Below, piece after piece: positions 31,340-41,731 of a DNA stretch of 64,000 bases. The first letter of the stretch is position 1; each line of letters opens with the position of its first letter. The notes below the pieces were generated by a model, which was not told the DNA's origin, ran no database searches, and was given only the letters and a program-made list of their open reading frames with translations. The stretch is from a virus (lineage: Duplodnaviria > Heunggongvirae > Uroviricota > Caudoviricetes), in IMG/VR virus record IMGVR_UViG_3300045988_149498. One strand, given 5' to 3'. The translations under genes and the position numbers were made by a program.

Positions 31340-32383
31340 GTGAAAGCCGTAATTACTCCCTTTGTACAAAAAGAGCTTGGCGTCGCCACATTCAAAGTGG
31401 ATCAGGAAGTCAGAAAGCTGGTGGAGGCTGGCCGTAAATTTATTATGGAGCCGGTGCCGCGTGAGTTAATCGAGCACATGGACGACGGCCTCGTTGTTTC
31501 CGAGCAAACTATGGCAACAAATGAGGCGTTGCAGCCGTTTTTTAACAGCGATGAACTGTTTCGCCGTATTGGTGGAATTGACGCGCTGGTGGCGTGGTTG
31601 CGCAGGAAAGAGGGGCAATGCCAGGCCGCAGATCGTAGTTGGTGTGACAACCATATTGTCCACGCAGAACGAGACAATAGCGCGGTGTTGCTGTGCTGGC
31701 ATCACGATAACCATTACCGGATGCGTGGTTTTAATGAGCTGAAAGAAACGCTGCATAATAATCGCGTTAACTGGATACTGGATGTCGCCCGTCAGGAAAT
31801 GGGGCTTTCAGATGGCCATGATTTAAGTATTCAGGAACTGTGCTGGTGGGCTTTCATGCGCAACATGATGCACCTGATGCCGGAAGAAGTTTACCGTATA
31901 TCAATAAATAAGATGAAAGCCGCAACGCAGGATAGCGGACCTCTGAAAGAGGCGGATATTCGCCCGTATGACGATCGCGCTACAGCATATGTTCAGATGA
32001 TGGAAGAACGCGCCGCGCCGATGCGTGCAAAAGTATGCCCTGTGGATGTTGACTCCGACCCTGGCATGGCGCATTTCAAAATACCAAAACTGCAATCGCT
32101 AAAATTACCTGAGTACATGGACTTTGTTGCTTCCCGTCCATGCTGTGGGTGTGGAGCGGCGGGAGCTGGCGCTCACATTACGCCTTATATCGTTCGTCAT
32201 AGTCGATTATGCGCGCATGACATTTACGCAATTCCTCTGTGCCAGTCATGCCAGCGTGATATTGAGCGTGACCGCGATAATTGGGAGAAGACGCACGGTA
32301 GGCTGGCGATGCATCAACGATTGTTCTTTGATTACGCGCTTGGAGTCGGCGCTATCACAAGTCACTCGTCGAGCGTTAGATAA
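31340..32383 (+). CDS. Hypothetical protein with C-terminal Cys cluster, 347 aa
   Basis: GTG start after AAAGGTG; Cys-rich segment CCGCG...C..C..C. Confidence 0.55.
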   Translation: MKAVITPFVQKELGVATFKVDQEVRKLVEAGRKFIMEPVPRELIEHMDDGLVVSEQTMATNEALQPFFNSDELFRRIGGIDALVAWLRRKEGQCQAADRSWCDNHIVHAERDNSAVLLCWHHDNHYRMRGFNELKETLHNNRVNWILDVARQEMGLSDGHDLSIQELCWWAFMRNMMHLMPEEVYRISINKMKAATQDSGPLKEADIRPYDDRATAYVQMMEERAAPMRAKVCPVDVDSDPGMAHFKIPKLQSLKLPEYMDFVASRPCCGCGAAGAGAHITPYIVRHSRLCAHDIYAIPLCQSCQRDIERDRDNWEKTHGRLAMHQRLFFDYALGVGAITSHSSSVR

Positions 32384-32384
32384 A

Positions 32385-32401
32385 ATTGCTCTAATGTATT
32401 G
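32385..32401 (+). promoter_or_regulatory. C1-operator-like site ATTGCTCTAATGTATTG upstream of lpa
   Basis: First 11 positions perfect; lpa is known to be C1-controlled in P1. Confidence 0.55.
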
Positions 32402-32471
32402 CTATTTCTTTAATCGAGAGTATTATATTCCACGTTGATTAGTTGACATGGGCTAATCAGTAGGTGACAGG

Positions 32472-32924
32472 ATGTTACTTAACTGGCAGGGACGCCACTT
32501 CATGGAAATAAATCACTCACGAATAACATCGTACGAGATTGCGGATTACATGATCCGCACTAAATCTCTTCTATCAGCGAAAGAACTCGCAGCAATTCTT
32601 GAAAAGGAATACCCGCACCTGGATGTCGATAAGCGCGATGTTTATCTGCGCTTAAAGGCTATCGCTGTGTCTAAGTATTCGTCTGTTTTGATTGATGACA
32701 GTACACGCCCACGTAGATTTCAGATCCACTCTCTGAATCCTGAATTCTTTCGCCGCAGCCGCGCTCCGCGCCGGTTTGATGAAAAACTCCAGAACGAACT
32801 CTATATGACGCAGGACGAAAAGGAACGCCGGGAGCACCAGCCTTGGGTAATGGCGCGTCAACTTTTCAATAAGGTGGCCCGTCAGCACCGTCATTACGGT
32901 AATGCCACATCCGCACGTATCTGA
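32472..32924 (+). CDS. lpa: Late promoter activator
   Basis: 150-aa ORF between operator and pacA in the P1 arrangement; ACAGG RBS. Confidence 0.65.
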   Translation: MLLNWQGRHFMEINHSRITSYEIADYMIRTKSLLSAKELAAILEKEYPHLDVDKRDVYLRLKAIAVSKYSSVLIDDSTRPRRFQIHSLNPEFFRRSRAPRRFDEKLQNELYMTQDEKERREHQPWVMARQLFNKVARQHRHYGNATSARI

Positions 32925-32950
32925 TTGATTGCTTGCCCGTTCCGGGCCTT

Positions 32951-32963
32951 TTGACATGTGACT
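32951..32963 (+). promoter_or_regulatory. Late-promoter-like motif TTGACATGTGACT upstream of pacA
   Basis: Member of recurring motif family; 47 nt before pacA start. Confidence 0.45.
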
Positions 32964-33009
32964 TTCGTTACCCTCGCGTCAAAAAGAGTTTTTACGAAAG
33001 GAAGCATAA

Positions 33010-34203
33010 GTGACCTGGGACGATCACAAGAAGAATTTTGCTCGCCTGGCGCGAGATGGTGGTTACACCATCGCACAGTATGCCGCCGAGTTTAATCTTA
33101 ACCCTAATACCGCACGTCGTTATCTCCGTGCCTTCAAAGAAGACACCAGGACAGCGGACAGCCGCAAGCCAAATAAGCCTGTCAGGAAACCACTAAAAAG
33201 CATGATCATTGATCACGCTAATGATCAACGTGCAGGTGATCACATTGTGGCTGAAATAGCTGAAAAACAAAGAGTTAATGCTGTTGTCAGTGCCGCAGTC
33301 GAGAACGCTAAGCGCCAAAATAAGCGCATAAATGATCGTTCTGATGATCATGACGTGATCACCCGCGCCCACCGTACCTTACGTGATCGCCTGGAACGCG
33401 ACACCCTGGATGATGATGGTGAACGCTTTGAATTCGAAGCTGGCGATTACCTGATAGATAACGTTGAAGCGCGGAAGGCCGCGCGCGCTATGTTGCGTCG
33501 GTCCGGGGCCGATGTTCTGGAAACCACTCTTCTGGAAAAGTCTCTTTCTCATCTCCTTATGCTGGAGAACGCCAGGGATACGTGTATTCGTCTGGTGCAG
33601 GAAATGCGCGATCAGCAAAAAGACGATGATGAAGGGACTCCGCCTGAATATCGTATCGCGAGCATGCTAAACAGCTGTTCCGCGCAGATAAGCAGCCTGA
33701 TCAACACCATTTACAGCATCCGGAATAACTATCGAAAAGAAAGCCGGGAGGCGGAAAAGCACGCTTTATCTATGGGGCAAGCTGGCATTGTTAAGCTGGC
33801 ATACGAACGAAAGCGTGAAAATAACTGGTCAGTGCTGGAAGCAGCTGAATTCATCGAGGCGCATGGCGGGAAAGTGCCGCCCCTGATGCTGGAGCAAATC
33901 AAAGTCGATCTGCGTGCTCCTAAGACCAATACCGATGATGAGGAAAGGCAAACAGCCGTCGGTGGCCCTTCTCTTGAAGATCTGGACAAAGTTGCGCGAG
34001 AACGGGCCGCCAACCGCCGCGCCGATGCCGCATTGTGGATTGAGCAGCGTAGGGAAGAAATCGCCGATATCGTTGATACAGGCGGTTATGGAGATGTTGA
34101 TACTGAAGGTGTATCAAAAGACCCATGGCTGGAACAAGACCTGGACGAAGACGAGGAGGAAGACGAAGAAGTTACCCGCAAGCTATACGGGGATGATGAT
34201 TAA
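33010..34203 (+). CDS. pacA: Terminase small/pac-recognition subunit
   Basis: GTG start after AAAGGAAG; pac site lies inside the ORF as in P1; 397 aa. Confidence 0.85.
   Translation: MTWDDHKKNFARLARDGGYTIAQYAAEFNLNPNTARRYLRAFKEDTRTADSRKPNKPVRKPLKSMIIDHANDQRAGDHIVAEIAEKQRVNAVVSAAVENAKRQNKRINDRSDDHDVITRAHRTLRDRLERDTLDDDGERFEFEAGDYLIDNVEARKAARAMLRRSGADVLETTLLEKSLSHLLMLENARDTCIRLVQEMRDQQKDDDEGTPPEYRIASMLNSCSAQISSLINTIYSIRNNYRKESREAEKHALSMGQAGIVKLAYERKRENNWSVLEAAEFIEAHGGKVPPLMLEQIKVDLRAPKTNTDDEERQTAVGGPSLEDLDKVARERAANRRADAALWIEQRREEIADIVDTGGYGDVDTEGVSKDPWLEQDLDEDEEEDEEVTRKLYGDDD
33200..33362. other. pac packaging site: 4 + 3 GATC-containing hexamers flanking cleavage region
   Basis: TGATCA/G elements at 33204, 33211, 33223, 33238 and 33334, 33346, 33357. 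Confidence 0.85.
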
Positions 34204-35687
34204 TGGCCAGAAGTTGCGTAACGGATCCACGTTGGCGCGAGCTGGTGGCGCTATATCGTTATGACTGGATTGCGGCCGCTGATGTTTTGTTCGGCAAAAC
34301 ACCTACCTGGCAGCAGGATCTGATTATTGAGTCTGTGCAGGAACAGGGTAGCAAGACATCTGTTTCGTCTGGTCACGGTACCGGGAAATCAGACATGACT
34401 TCTATCATGATCATGTTGTTCATAATCATGTATCCCGGTGCCCGTGCCATTATCGTTGCGAACAAAATTCAGCAGGTAATGACCGGTATATTCAAGTACA
34501 TCAAGATAAACTGGGCTACTGCCACCAGCCGTTTTCCATGGCTTGCTGATTATTTTGTTCTGACAGAAACCGCTTTCTATGAGGTTACTGGTAAAGGTGT
34601 ATGGACTGTAGTACCGAAGGGCTTTCGTCTGGGAAGTGAAGAAGCTCTCGCCGGTGAACACGCAGATCATCTTCTGTATATTATCGATGAAGCCTCCGGT
34701 GTCAGTGATAGAGCTTTCGGTATCATCACCGGTGCTCTTACCGGACAGGATAACCGCATCTTATTGCTGTCACAGCCTACACGCCCAAGCGGCTATTTCT
34801 ACGATACACACCATAAACTGGCCAAGCGTCCTGGTAACCCTGATGGCGTTTATACGGCGATCACGCTTAACAGTGAGGAATCACCGTTGGTAACGCCAGC
34901 ATTTATCAAAATGAAGCTGGCGGAGTACGGCGGGCGTGATAACCCTATGTACATGATTAAGGTACGCGGCCTATTCCCTAAATCACAGGATGGCTTCCTT
35001 CTTGGACGTGATGAGGTTGAACGTGCAACGCGGCGGAAAGTCAAGATTGCAAAAGGATGGGGCTGGCTTGCATGTGTGGACGTTGCTGGTGGTACGGGAC
35101 GAGATAAGTCCGTTATCAATATCATGATGGTGTCCGGCCAGCGAAATAAACGCCGTGTAATCAACTATCGAATGCTGGAATACACAGACGTTACAGAAAC
35201 GCAGCTTGCCGCCAAAATTTTCGCAGAATGTAATCCTGAGCGATTCCCAAATATCACCATAGCGATAGACGGTGATGGGCTGGGTAAAGCAACGGCGGAT
35301 CTGATGTACGAGTATTATGGTATTACCGTACAGCGTATACGCTGGGGTAAAAAGATGCATAGCCGTGAAGATAAGAGCCTGTACTTTGATAAACGTGCTT
35401 ATGCCAACGTTCAAGCCGCAGAGGCCGTAAAATCTGGTCGTATGAGACTGGATAAGGGTAATGAAACTATTGAGGAAGCGTCGAAAATCCCTGTAGGGAT
35501 TAACTCCGCAGGTCAATGGAAGGTGATGAGTAAGGAGGATATGAAGAAAAAACTCAACCTGCACTCACCAGACCATTGGGATACATATTGTTTCGCTATG
35601 CTGGCGGATTATGTTCCCCAGGATGAAGTGCTTAGCGTCGAAGACGAAGCGCAGGTTGATGAAGCTCTGGCATGGCTTAATGAATAA
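34203..35687 (+). CDS. pacB: Terminase large subunit
   Basis: TAATG overlap with pacA; Walker A SGHGTGKS; 494 aa. Confidence 0.85.
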   Translation: MARSCVTDPRWRELVALYRYDWIAAADVLFGKTPTWQQDLIIESVQEQGSKTSVSSGHGTGKSDMTSIMIMLFIIMYPGARAIIVANKIQQVMTGIFKYIKINWATATSRFPWLADYFVLTETAFYEVTGKGVWTVVPKGFRLGSEEALAGEHADHLLYIIDEASGVSDRAFGIITGALTGQDNRILLLSQPTRPSGYFYDTHHKLAKRPGNPDGVYTAITLNSEESPLVTPAFIKMKLAEYGGRDNPMYMIKVRGLFPKSQDGFLLGRDEVERATRRKVKIAKGWGWLACVDVAGGTGRDKSVINIMMVSGQRNKRRVINYRMLEYTDVTETQLAAKIFAECNPERFPNITIAIDGDGLGKATADLMYEYYGITVQRIRWGKKMHSREDKSLYFDKRAYANVQAAEAVKSGRMRLDKGNETIEEASKIPVGINSAGQWKVMSKEDMKKKLNLHSPDHWDTYCFAMLADYVPQDEVLSVEDEAQVDEALAWLNE

Positions 35688-35711
35688 CTCATTGACCATG
35701 CCGGATAGAAA

Positions 35712-36563
35712 CTATTGCGCGCTTTCGGGGTTGTCGTTTACTGGCTGCCCCTTCTTAGTTTTACGGCTGCGCGTAACTGATGCGGCTGATTTGACCTTTT
35801 TCTCTTCGCGAGTGATGGCAATTTGTTTTTTTACATTTTCAATATCTGCCAGGCGATATATTTTTGCCTGCGGCCAGCGGTCGCAGATGATCGGTTCTAT
35901 AGAGTCATAAAGGCTAAATTTTGCTTTCTCGAATTCACCGTTGATGATGATTCCATCACGGAGAGTTTCATCGCAGATAAACACACCACACAGCGGCACA
36001 TGGTAACTAACTGATTTACCATCATTGTAGTTAGGGCTACTGGAAATGTAATGGACGCGCAGCATTGTTTCGCTAAAGCCGTGTACACGCATACGGAATT
36101 TTTCATCCTCCGGGTACTGCTTCATTAGCTCTTTTGTTGCTTCCAGGTTCTCTATGTATTTCGCACTGTGCTCATTGATCCCCGCGCTTTTCTGGATGCG
36201 AATGTCCTTATCAATCAGGTGAATAATGCGGCCAGCGGTCATGTTGACGCTGTTCACAGCTTCTGTCTGATAAGTTGTAACCTTACGCACACCGCGAAGG
36301 ATGTTAGGCACTGGATATAAAATAGTCTTTGGGATATTGAGGTCTGGGTACTGTTCCAGTTCTCGCGCCATTAAAGTCCATTTATCAATTTCAGCCTGAA
36401 TGCTGTCCGTTTCTTTGAACGGCAGGACGACAACCGGGCGAACAGGACGACCGTCGCTGGCGGCATCAACGTGTTGGGCGCGTGCAACAGCTTTTTTTAG
36501 AAAGAGATCCCTGAAGCTGACGAACTCCTGGTACAGTTGTTCGCCGTAGACATAATTTATCAT
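35712..36563 (-). CDS. c1: C1 repressor of lytic functions
   Basis: 283-aa ORF recognised as P1 C1; position between pacB and coi; operator sites nearby. Confidence 0.9.
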   Translation of the reverse strand: MINYVYGEQLYQEFVSFRDLFLKKAVARAQHVDAASDGRPVRPVVVLPFKETDSIQAEIDKWTLMARELEQYPDLNIPKTILYPVPNILRGVRKVTTYQTEAVNSVNMTAGRIIHLIDKDIRIQKSAGINEHSAKYIENLEATKELMKQYPEDEKFRMRVHGFSETMLRVHYISSSPNYNDGKSVSYHVPLCGVFICDETLRDGIIINGEFEKAKFSLYDSIEPIICDRWPQAKIYRLADIENVKKQIAITREEKKVKSAASVTRSRKTKKGQPVNDNPESAQ

Positions 36564-36673
36564 TGATCCTCCTCCAGAATTGACATGGCCAACAACTCAC
36601 AGCGGATTACACTGGGAGTTGTTGGCCACCATTATAGAAGGATCCAACGAAAATAATAGATTTATTAGTGCAT

Positions 36674-36883
36674 TTATTGTGAGTCTGGCTGGTTAGTGGC
36701 CATGAGATATTCGATTGTGTCAGTGAGATCATCCAGGTCGTCTTGGGTGATGCGGTACTCCTGATTGGATATCTTTGAGTAGTGTTCAGCAATGGCGCGG
36801 GCAGCGTCGGTTTCGGCGGGGTCTACAGATAAAGCGTTAGAGCAATGTCTAACGTCGTCGATGGTTGGTGGAATGAAAGCCAT
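36674..36883 (-). CDS. coi: C1 inactivator Coi
   Basis: 69-aa acidic ORF upstream of c1 on same strand, matching P1 ImmC layout. Confidence 0.8.
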   Translation of the reverse strand: MAFIPPTIDDVRHCSNALSVDPAETDAARAIAEHYSKISNQEYRITQDDLDDLTDTIEYLMATNQPDSQ

Positions 36884-37121
36884 AATTATGCCTCACTGTA
36901 TTGACAACACAGAGCCTGAAGCTCTGACCTACTGTTTCACCCATGATCCATGCTGGGGTAATCTAACAACATTGCGCTGTGTGTAAGATGAGCAATGCAT
37001 AGCTGTAATGCCGTTGTATAAGGTTTCCCTGTTTGCTCATTTCCTTCTGAGCCGCTCTACAACGCTGAAGACACATTAAATAGTGAATCCAAAGTCGTAT
37101 TACGAAACGGCGGCAAAACTA

Positions 37122-37138
37122 TAATTTATTAGAGCAAT
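37122..37138 (-). promoter_or_regulatory. C1 operator (TAATTTATTAGAGCAAT on plus strand)
   Basis: 16/17 match to reverse complement of consensus; ImmC region. Confidence 0.7.
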
Positions 37139-37204
37139 TGTCAAACAACTATGAAAAACAATCCAGTTTTTGGCTGGTGGAGTGGGATTTTTCTCTCAAA
37201 ATTT

Positions 37205-37221
37205 ATTGCTCTAATAATTCT
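37205..37221 (+). promoter_or_regulatory. C1 operator ATTGCTCTAATAATTCT
   Basis: Core ATTGCTCTAATAA perfect; ImmC region. Confidence 0.65.
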
Positions 37222-37264
37222 TGATTTTTATGCGCAGCTGGACGTAAACTCCTCTTCGGACCTA

Positions 37265-37298
37265 ATAACTTCGTATAGCATACATTATACGAAGTTAT
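37265..37298. other. loxP site-specific recombination site
   Basis: Exact ATAACTTCGTATA-GCATACAT-TATACGAAGTTAT. Confidence 0.98.
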
Positions 37299-37487
37299 CT
37301 TAAGGGTTATTGAACATGATCAATTTACCTGTAAATCCATACAGTTCAATACCTTATCAGGTCAAATAGTGATCACTTGATCATTTGATCAAGGTTGCGC
37401 TACGTAAAATCTGCGAAATGTTGGCAGTGTTAGTGCTCCAGATTTCGCGTAGCGCACTTAGCACCACCAATCAATCAGAGGTGAAAA

Positions 37488-37709
37488 ATGGGATATTCAG
37501 CTGCTAAAGTGTCCACTCATCTTGAGCTTGAGAAAAACCGTGGTTACTGGCGGGCAAAAGGGTTTGATCGTGATAGTTGTCAACTGTCATTATCGCGCGG
37601 TGAAGAGAAAATAGAACGCACGCGCGGTCGCTGGCGTTTCTATGACGAGAACCATAAACAGGTAAAGGCAGAGCCGATCCTGTACACTTTACTTAAAACC
37701 ATTATCTGA
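37488..37709 (+). CDS. cra: Small protein upstream of cre (P1 cra position), 73 aa
   Basis: Track ORF immediately upstream of cre; GATC cluster and inverted repeat in its leader. Confidence 0.7.
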   Translation: MGYSAAKVSTHLELEKNRGYWRAKGFDRDSCQLSLSRGEEKIERTRGRWRFYDENHKQVKAEPILYTLLKTII

Positions 37710-37716
37710 GTGTTAA

Positions 37717-38748
37717 ATGTCCAATTTACTGACCGTACACCAAAATTTGCCTGCATTACCGGTCGATGCAACGAGTGATGAGGTTCGCAAGAACCTGATG
37801 GACATGTTCAGGGATCGCCAGGCGTTTTCTGAGCATACCTGGAAAATGCTTCTGTCCGTTTGCCGGTCGTGGGCGGCATGGTGCAAGTTGAATAACCGGA
37901 AATGGTTTCCCGCAGAACCTGAAGATGTTCGCGATTATCTTCTATATCTTCAGGCGCGCGGTCTGGCAGTAAAAACTATCCAGCAACATTTGGGCCAGCT
38001 AAACATGCTTCATCGTCGGTCTGGGCTGCCACGGCCAAGTGACAGCAATGCTGTTTCACTGGTCATGCGACGGATCCGAAAAGAAAACGTTGATGCCGGT
38101 GAACGTGCAAAACAGGCACTGGCGTTCGAACGCACTGATTTCGACCAGGTTCGTTCACTCATGGAAAATAGCGATCGCTGCCAGGATATACGTAATCTGG
38201 CATTTCTGGGGATTGCTTATAACACCCTGTTACGTATAGCCGAAATTGCCAGGATCAGGGTTAAAGATATCTCACGTACTGACGGTGGGAGAATGTTAAT
38301 CCATATTGGCAGAACGAAAACGCTGGTTAGCACCGCAGGTGTAGAGAAGGCACTTAGCCTGGGGGTAACTAAACTGGTCGAGCGATGGATTTCCGTCTCT
38401 GGTGTAGCTGATGATCCGAATAACTACCTGTTTTGCCGGGTCAGAAAAAATGGTGTTGCCGCGCCATCTGCCACCAGCCAGCTATCAACTCGCGCCCTGG
38501 AAGGGATTTTTGAAGCAACTCATCGATTGATTTACGGCGCTAAGGATGACTCTGGTCAGAGATACCTGGCCTGGTCTGGACACAGTGCCCGTGTCGGAGC
38601 CGCGCGAGATATGGCCCGCGCTGGAGTTTCAATACCGGAGATCATGCAAGCTGGTGGCTGGACCAATGTAAATATTGTCATGAACTATATCCGTAACCTG
38701 GATAGTGAAACAGGGGCAATGGTGCGCCTGCTGGAAGATGGCGATTAG
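37717..38748 (+). CDS. cre: Cre tyrosine recombinase
   Basis: 343-aa product MSNLLTVHQNLPALPVDATSDEVRKNLMDMFRDRQAFSEHTWKMLLSVCRSWAAWCKLNNRKWFPAEPEDVRDYLLYLQARGLAVKTIQQHLGQLNMLHRRSGLPRPSDSNAVSLVMRRIRKENVDAGERAKQALAFERTDFDQVRSLMENSDRCQDIRNLAFLGIAYNTLLRIAEIARIRVKDISRTDGGRMLIHIGRTKTLVSTAGVEKALSLGVTKLVERWISVSGVADDPNNYLFCRVRKNGVAAPSATSQLSTRALEGIFEATHRLIYGAKDDSGQRYLAWSGHSARVGAARDMARAGVSIPEIMQAGGWTNVNIVMNYIRNLDSETGAMVRLLEDGD recognised as Cre; 419 nt downstream of loxP. Confidence 0.98.
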   Translation: MSNLLTVHQNLPALPVDATSDEVRKNLMDMFRDRQAFSEHTWKMLLSVCRSWAAWCKLNNRKWFPAEPEDVRDYLLYLQARGLAVKTIQQHLGQLNMLHRRSGLPRPSDSNAVSLVMRRIRKENVDAGERAKQALAFERTDFDQVRSLMENSDRCQDIRNLAFLGIAYNTLLRIAEIARIRVKDISRTDGGRMLIHIGRTKTLVSTAGVEKALSLGVTKLVERWISVSGVADDPNNYLFCRVRKNGVAAPSATSQLSTRALEGIFEATHRLIYGAKDDSGQRYLAWSGHSARVGAARDMARAGVSIPEIMQAGGWTNVNIVMNYIRNLDSETGAMVRLLEDGD

Positions 38749-38765
38749 CCATTAACGCGTAAGTG

Positions 38766-38782
38766 ATTGCTCTAATTCTTTG
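38766..38782 (+). promoter_or_regulatory. C1-operator-like site ATTGCTCTAATTCTTTG
   Basis: First 11 positions perfect; upstream of next gene. Confidence 0.5.
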
Positions 38783-38798
38783 ATATTTATGGTGACAT

Positions 38799-39110
38799 AT
38801 GAGGAAGGATTTCAACATCGACGGAAAATATGTAGTGCTGTCTGTAAGCACTAATATTCAGTCGCCAGCCGTCATTGTCACTGTAAAGCTGAGCGATAGA
38901 ATGCCTGATATTGACTCAATATCCGTTGCGTTTCCTGTCAAAAGTATGCGTAGTGCTGAACATTTCGTGATGAATGCCACCGAGGAAGAAGCACGGCGCG
39001 GTTTTGCTAAAGTGATGTCTGAGTTTGGCGAACTCTTGGGTAAGGTTAACAATGTCCTTTCAATCAGTTCAGCAAGGTCCAAAGCGTTAACAGCTTCCAT
39101 GATGAAATAA
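38799..39110 (+). CDS. Hypothetical protein downstream of cre, 103 aa
   Basis: Track ORF preceded by operator-like site. Confidence 0.5.
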   Translation: MRKDFNIDGKYVVLSVSTNIQSPAVIVTVKLSDRMPDIDSISVAFPVKSMRSAEHFVMNATEEEARRGFAKVMSEFGELLGKVNNVLSISSARSKALTASMMK

Positions 39111-39243
39111 AAAAAAAGCCTGGCAAGGAGCCAGGCTGCACAAAAGAGCGGGGTTGTATTCCGCATCCAATCAATCAAGAAGGAGTATAGCACACAGGTA
39201 CTGAAGTGAAAAAATGTGATTCGCGATAAACAAAATATCTATC

Positions 39244-39273
39244 ATTGCTCTAATTCATTGCTATAATTGAGCC
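39244..39273 (+). promoter_or_regulatory. Tandem overlapping C1-operator-like sites with embedded TATAAT (ref promoter)
   Basis: ATTGCTCTAATTCATTG (39244-39260) and ATTGCTATAATTGAGCC (39257-39273). Confidence 0.6.
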
Positions 39274-39327
39274 GCAGTTTTTGTCAACTACGAAGACGTT
39301 GCCATTACTTCACTCCTTGACATCATT

Positions 39328-39352
39328 GGCGGCCATTAGGCCGCCTTTTTTT
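39328..39352 (+). terminator. Terminator-like hairpin in ref leader (possible attenuator)
   Basis: GGCGGCC-ATTA-GGCCGCC followed by TTTTTTT, ending 5 nt before ref ATG. Confidence 0.5.
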
Positions 39353-39357
39353 GCCAT

Positions 39358-39918
39358 ATGAAAACAATCGAACAAAAAATTGAACAGTGCCGCAAGTGGC
39401 AGAAGGCAGCCAGAGAACGAGCGATCGCTCGGCAACGGGAGAAGTTGGCTGATCCGGTCTGGCGAGAATCTCAATATCAGAAAATGCGGGATACTCTCGA
39501 CCGCCGTATCGCTAAACAGAAAGAGCGCCCACCAGCCAGCAAAACGCGGAAAATCGCGGTAAAAATAAAATCTCGTGGCTTGAAGGGGAGAACACCAACG
39601 GCGGAGGAACGGCGCATCGCCAATGCTCTTGGCGCTCTCCCCTGCATTGCCTGCTATATGCATGGAGTAATATCTAATGAGGTGTCTCTGCACCATATCG
39701 CCGGTCGTACCGCGCCGGGTTGTCATAAAAAGCAATTGCCACTTTGTAGATGGCACCACCAGCATGCAGCTCTGGCTGAAGTAAGAGAAAAATACCCATG
39801 GCTGGTCCCTGTTCATGCCGATGGTGTGGTTGGAGGCAAGAAAGAATTCACCTTGCTGAACAAGTCAGAGATGGAGTTACTGGCTGACGCCTATGAGATG
39901 GCAAACATCATGCACTAA
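39358..39918 (+). CDS. ref: Recombination enhancement function, HNH-type endonuclease
   Basis: 186-aa product recognised as P1 Ref; Cys/His cluster CIACYMHG ... HHIAGR ... CRWHHQH. Confidence 0.9.
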   Translation: MKTIEQKIEQCRKWQKAARERAIARQREKLADPVWRESQYQKMRDTLDRRIAKQKERPPASKTRKIAVKIKSRGLKGRTPTAEERRIANALGALPCIACYMHGVISNEVSLHHIAGRTAPGCHKKQLPLCRWHHQHAALAEVREKYPWLVPVHADGVVGGKKEFTLLNKSEMELLADAYEMANIMH

Positions 39919-39954
39919 TAAATATATTATTTTTAATGATAAATGATTGACAAC

Positions 39955-39965
39955 TGACAAGTGAC
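39955..39965 (+). promoter_or_regulatory. Late-promoter-like motif TGACAAGTGAC upstream of mat
   Basis: Motif family member; followed by 9-bp inverted repeat GCCCGGTAC...GTACCGGGC in leader. Confidence 0.45.
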
Positions 39966-40106
39966 TTCAGTCAGAATCATCACACGCCCGGTACGGATGG
40001 ATCCCTTTTCAAATATTCCATGGACGGCACAGTCTGAGTACCGGGCGCTACCTTCAGTTGTATTGCTAAGCCGCCGCTGGTGGCTTTTCTTTTTTGTAGG
40101 GGCGCT

Positions 40107-40748
40107 ATGGATAAGAAAATATGCGTTGTTTCAATGAGCGTCGGCAAACCGGCGTCAATGACTGCTGCATGGATCAACAATGAGCTGATAATGGCTGAGC
40201 GGACCAGCTACCCTGAACGCCGCCGCGATATGGAACTCCAGCTGCTGCGCGAATTGCGAGAAAAAGAGGAAAAGGGTTTTATCGTGCTGGTGGAAGAGGA
40301 AAACAGCTTTATTACCGGTCGAGTTGGCCAGCGTGTAAGGTTGCGTGATCCCTTCATGAACGGCAGACCGGTACTGATTGAAGCAATGCAGATTTATAAG
40401 GAGCTGGAACGCCAGAAAGCAATCAAGTTACCGCGCAAGGAATCCGGCAAATACATCCTCCACCAAAGCATCTTCGATTCCGAACACGATAAAAAAGGCG
40501 ATGAATTTTTCAACATCAACTGGAGCGAAATAACGACAGAGCATGTTCTGACCTTACTATGTTGCTTTGCGACGGAATACAACAACGTTGCCAGCGCCGA
40601 CTACATCAGGTCAATGGCAGGAGAAGTTGAGGCCAATCAGGATACGTCGTTACTAAGTCCCCTAGTGAATATAATTCAAGCTACTCATGAAATTGCCGCG
40701 CGGAAAGTGCCTAAAGGTTCATTAACTGGTAAAGATAATTATCTTTAA
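40107..40748 (+). CDS. mat: Putative maturation control protein
   Basis: ATG 5 nt after AGGGG inside track ORF 40080-40748; position after ref as in P1. Confidence 0.55.
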   Translation: MDKKICVVSMSVGKPASMTAAWINNELIMAERTSYPERRRDMELQLLRELREKEEKGFIVLVEEENSFITGRVGQRVRLRDPFMNGRPVLIEAMQIYKELERQKAIKLPRKESGKYILHQSIFDSEHDKKGDEFFNINWSEITTEHVLTLLCCFATEYNNVASADYIRSMAGEVEANQDTSLLSPLVNIIQATHEIAARKVPKGSLTGKDNYL

Positions 40749-40755
40749 ACTTATT

Positions 40756-40774
40756 GGGCGCTAACTATGCGCCC
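40756..40774. terminator. Bidirectional terminator-like hairpin between mat and PIN-like gene
   Basis: GGGCGC-TAACTAT-GCGCCC between convergent stops. Confidence 0.45.
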
Positions 40775-40780
40775 ATTATA

Positions 40781-41731
40781 CTAATCAATAAATACACGGA
40801 ATGTCTCCAGCATCCCTTCAGGATCTTTATCCTCGTCACCTAATGATATTAGTCTTCTGGCAAGAAGTTTCACATCATCATCATCTTTGATGTAACCAAC
40901 CTGATCATTTTCAAAATAAATATCAATTATTTTTAGGATTTGCTCTTGTGTAAAGTGAGTGAGCTTTAATAATTTTGCTACAACTCGATGTGTTGTAGCA
41001 AAACTGCCAGAGTGTCGTAATTCATCTATAGTGAGATTAACTTCCATTTCCACCAAGTTACTAGCTTGAGGAAAGTGCTCGCCTATAAACTCTGATAAGC
41101 GGGAATAGATATGTGGTTCTGAATTTTTCTTTTTTTTCCACTCATGCTTCAAATATTCATTCATATCATCCTTTATAAAGGCACTTTTATAATCACCATC
41201 TTCAGTTATGATATATATATCCTCACCGTCTGGTATCGCTTTTAGCAAACATTCCCAATTAACTGCGTCACCATATGATTTATTTTTGCCAGGCGGGTTT
41301 CCAAGATCAAATCGAAGTTTCCCCTTATCTATTGTTTCATCATCAGCCTCTATTTTAGATGCTGCATCAAAAATCCTTTTAATTACAATATCGGCAGCCA
41401 AAGCCTCCTCTTTAAACAATTTCTGGATATCTGTAATAATTTCATTCTTTAACCTACCTGCTTCTATAACCTTATCATTAAATTGTGAATGCTTTTCATG
41501 TTGCCTAAAAATCTGGGGAAGCGCGGGCTTATAATCTTTTGTTATTTCCTTTATGGTTTCAGAGAGAACTTTAGAACGATTCCTCCAGAACTCATTCACT
41601 AAAAGCTCTGGTAGCCAAAGTTTTAAACGACCATATTGATGTAAGGCAAATACTTTATCCAGCTCATCTAGTTTATCTTTACCCATCCTGTAAAATTCCA
41701 AATATAGATTTGTATCAATAAAAACATTCAT
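40781..41731 (-). CDS. PIN-like nuclease-domain protein with C-terminal helical domain of unknown function (316 aa); candidate defence/abortive-infection effector
   Basis: N-terminus MNVFIDTNLYLEFY (canonical PIN motif), later GDAVNW and IITEDGDY acidic motifs; AT-rich; occupies the site where P1 has res-mod. Confidence 0.7.
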   Translation of the reverse strand: MNVFIDTNLYLEFYRMGKDKLDELDKVFALHQYGRLKLWLPELLVNEFWRNRSKVLSETIKEITKDYKPALPQIFRQHEKHSQFNDKVIEAGRLKNEIITDIQKLFKEEALAADIVIKRIFDAASKIEADDETIDKGKLRFDLGNPPGKNKSYGDAVNWECLLKAIPDGEDIYIITEDGDYKSAFIKDDMNEYLKHEWKKKKNSEPHIYSRLSEFIGEHFPQASNLVEMEVNLTIDELRHSGSFATTHRVVAKLLKLTHFTQEQILKIIDIYFENDQVGYIKDDDDVKLLARRLISLGDEDKDPEGMLETFRVFID

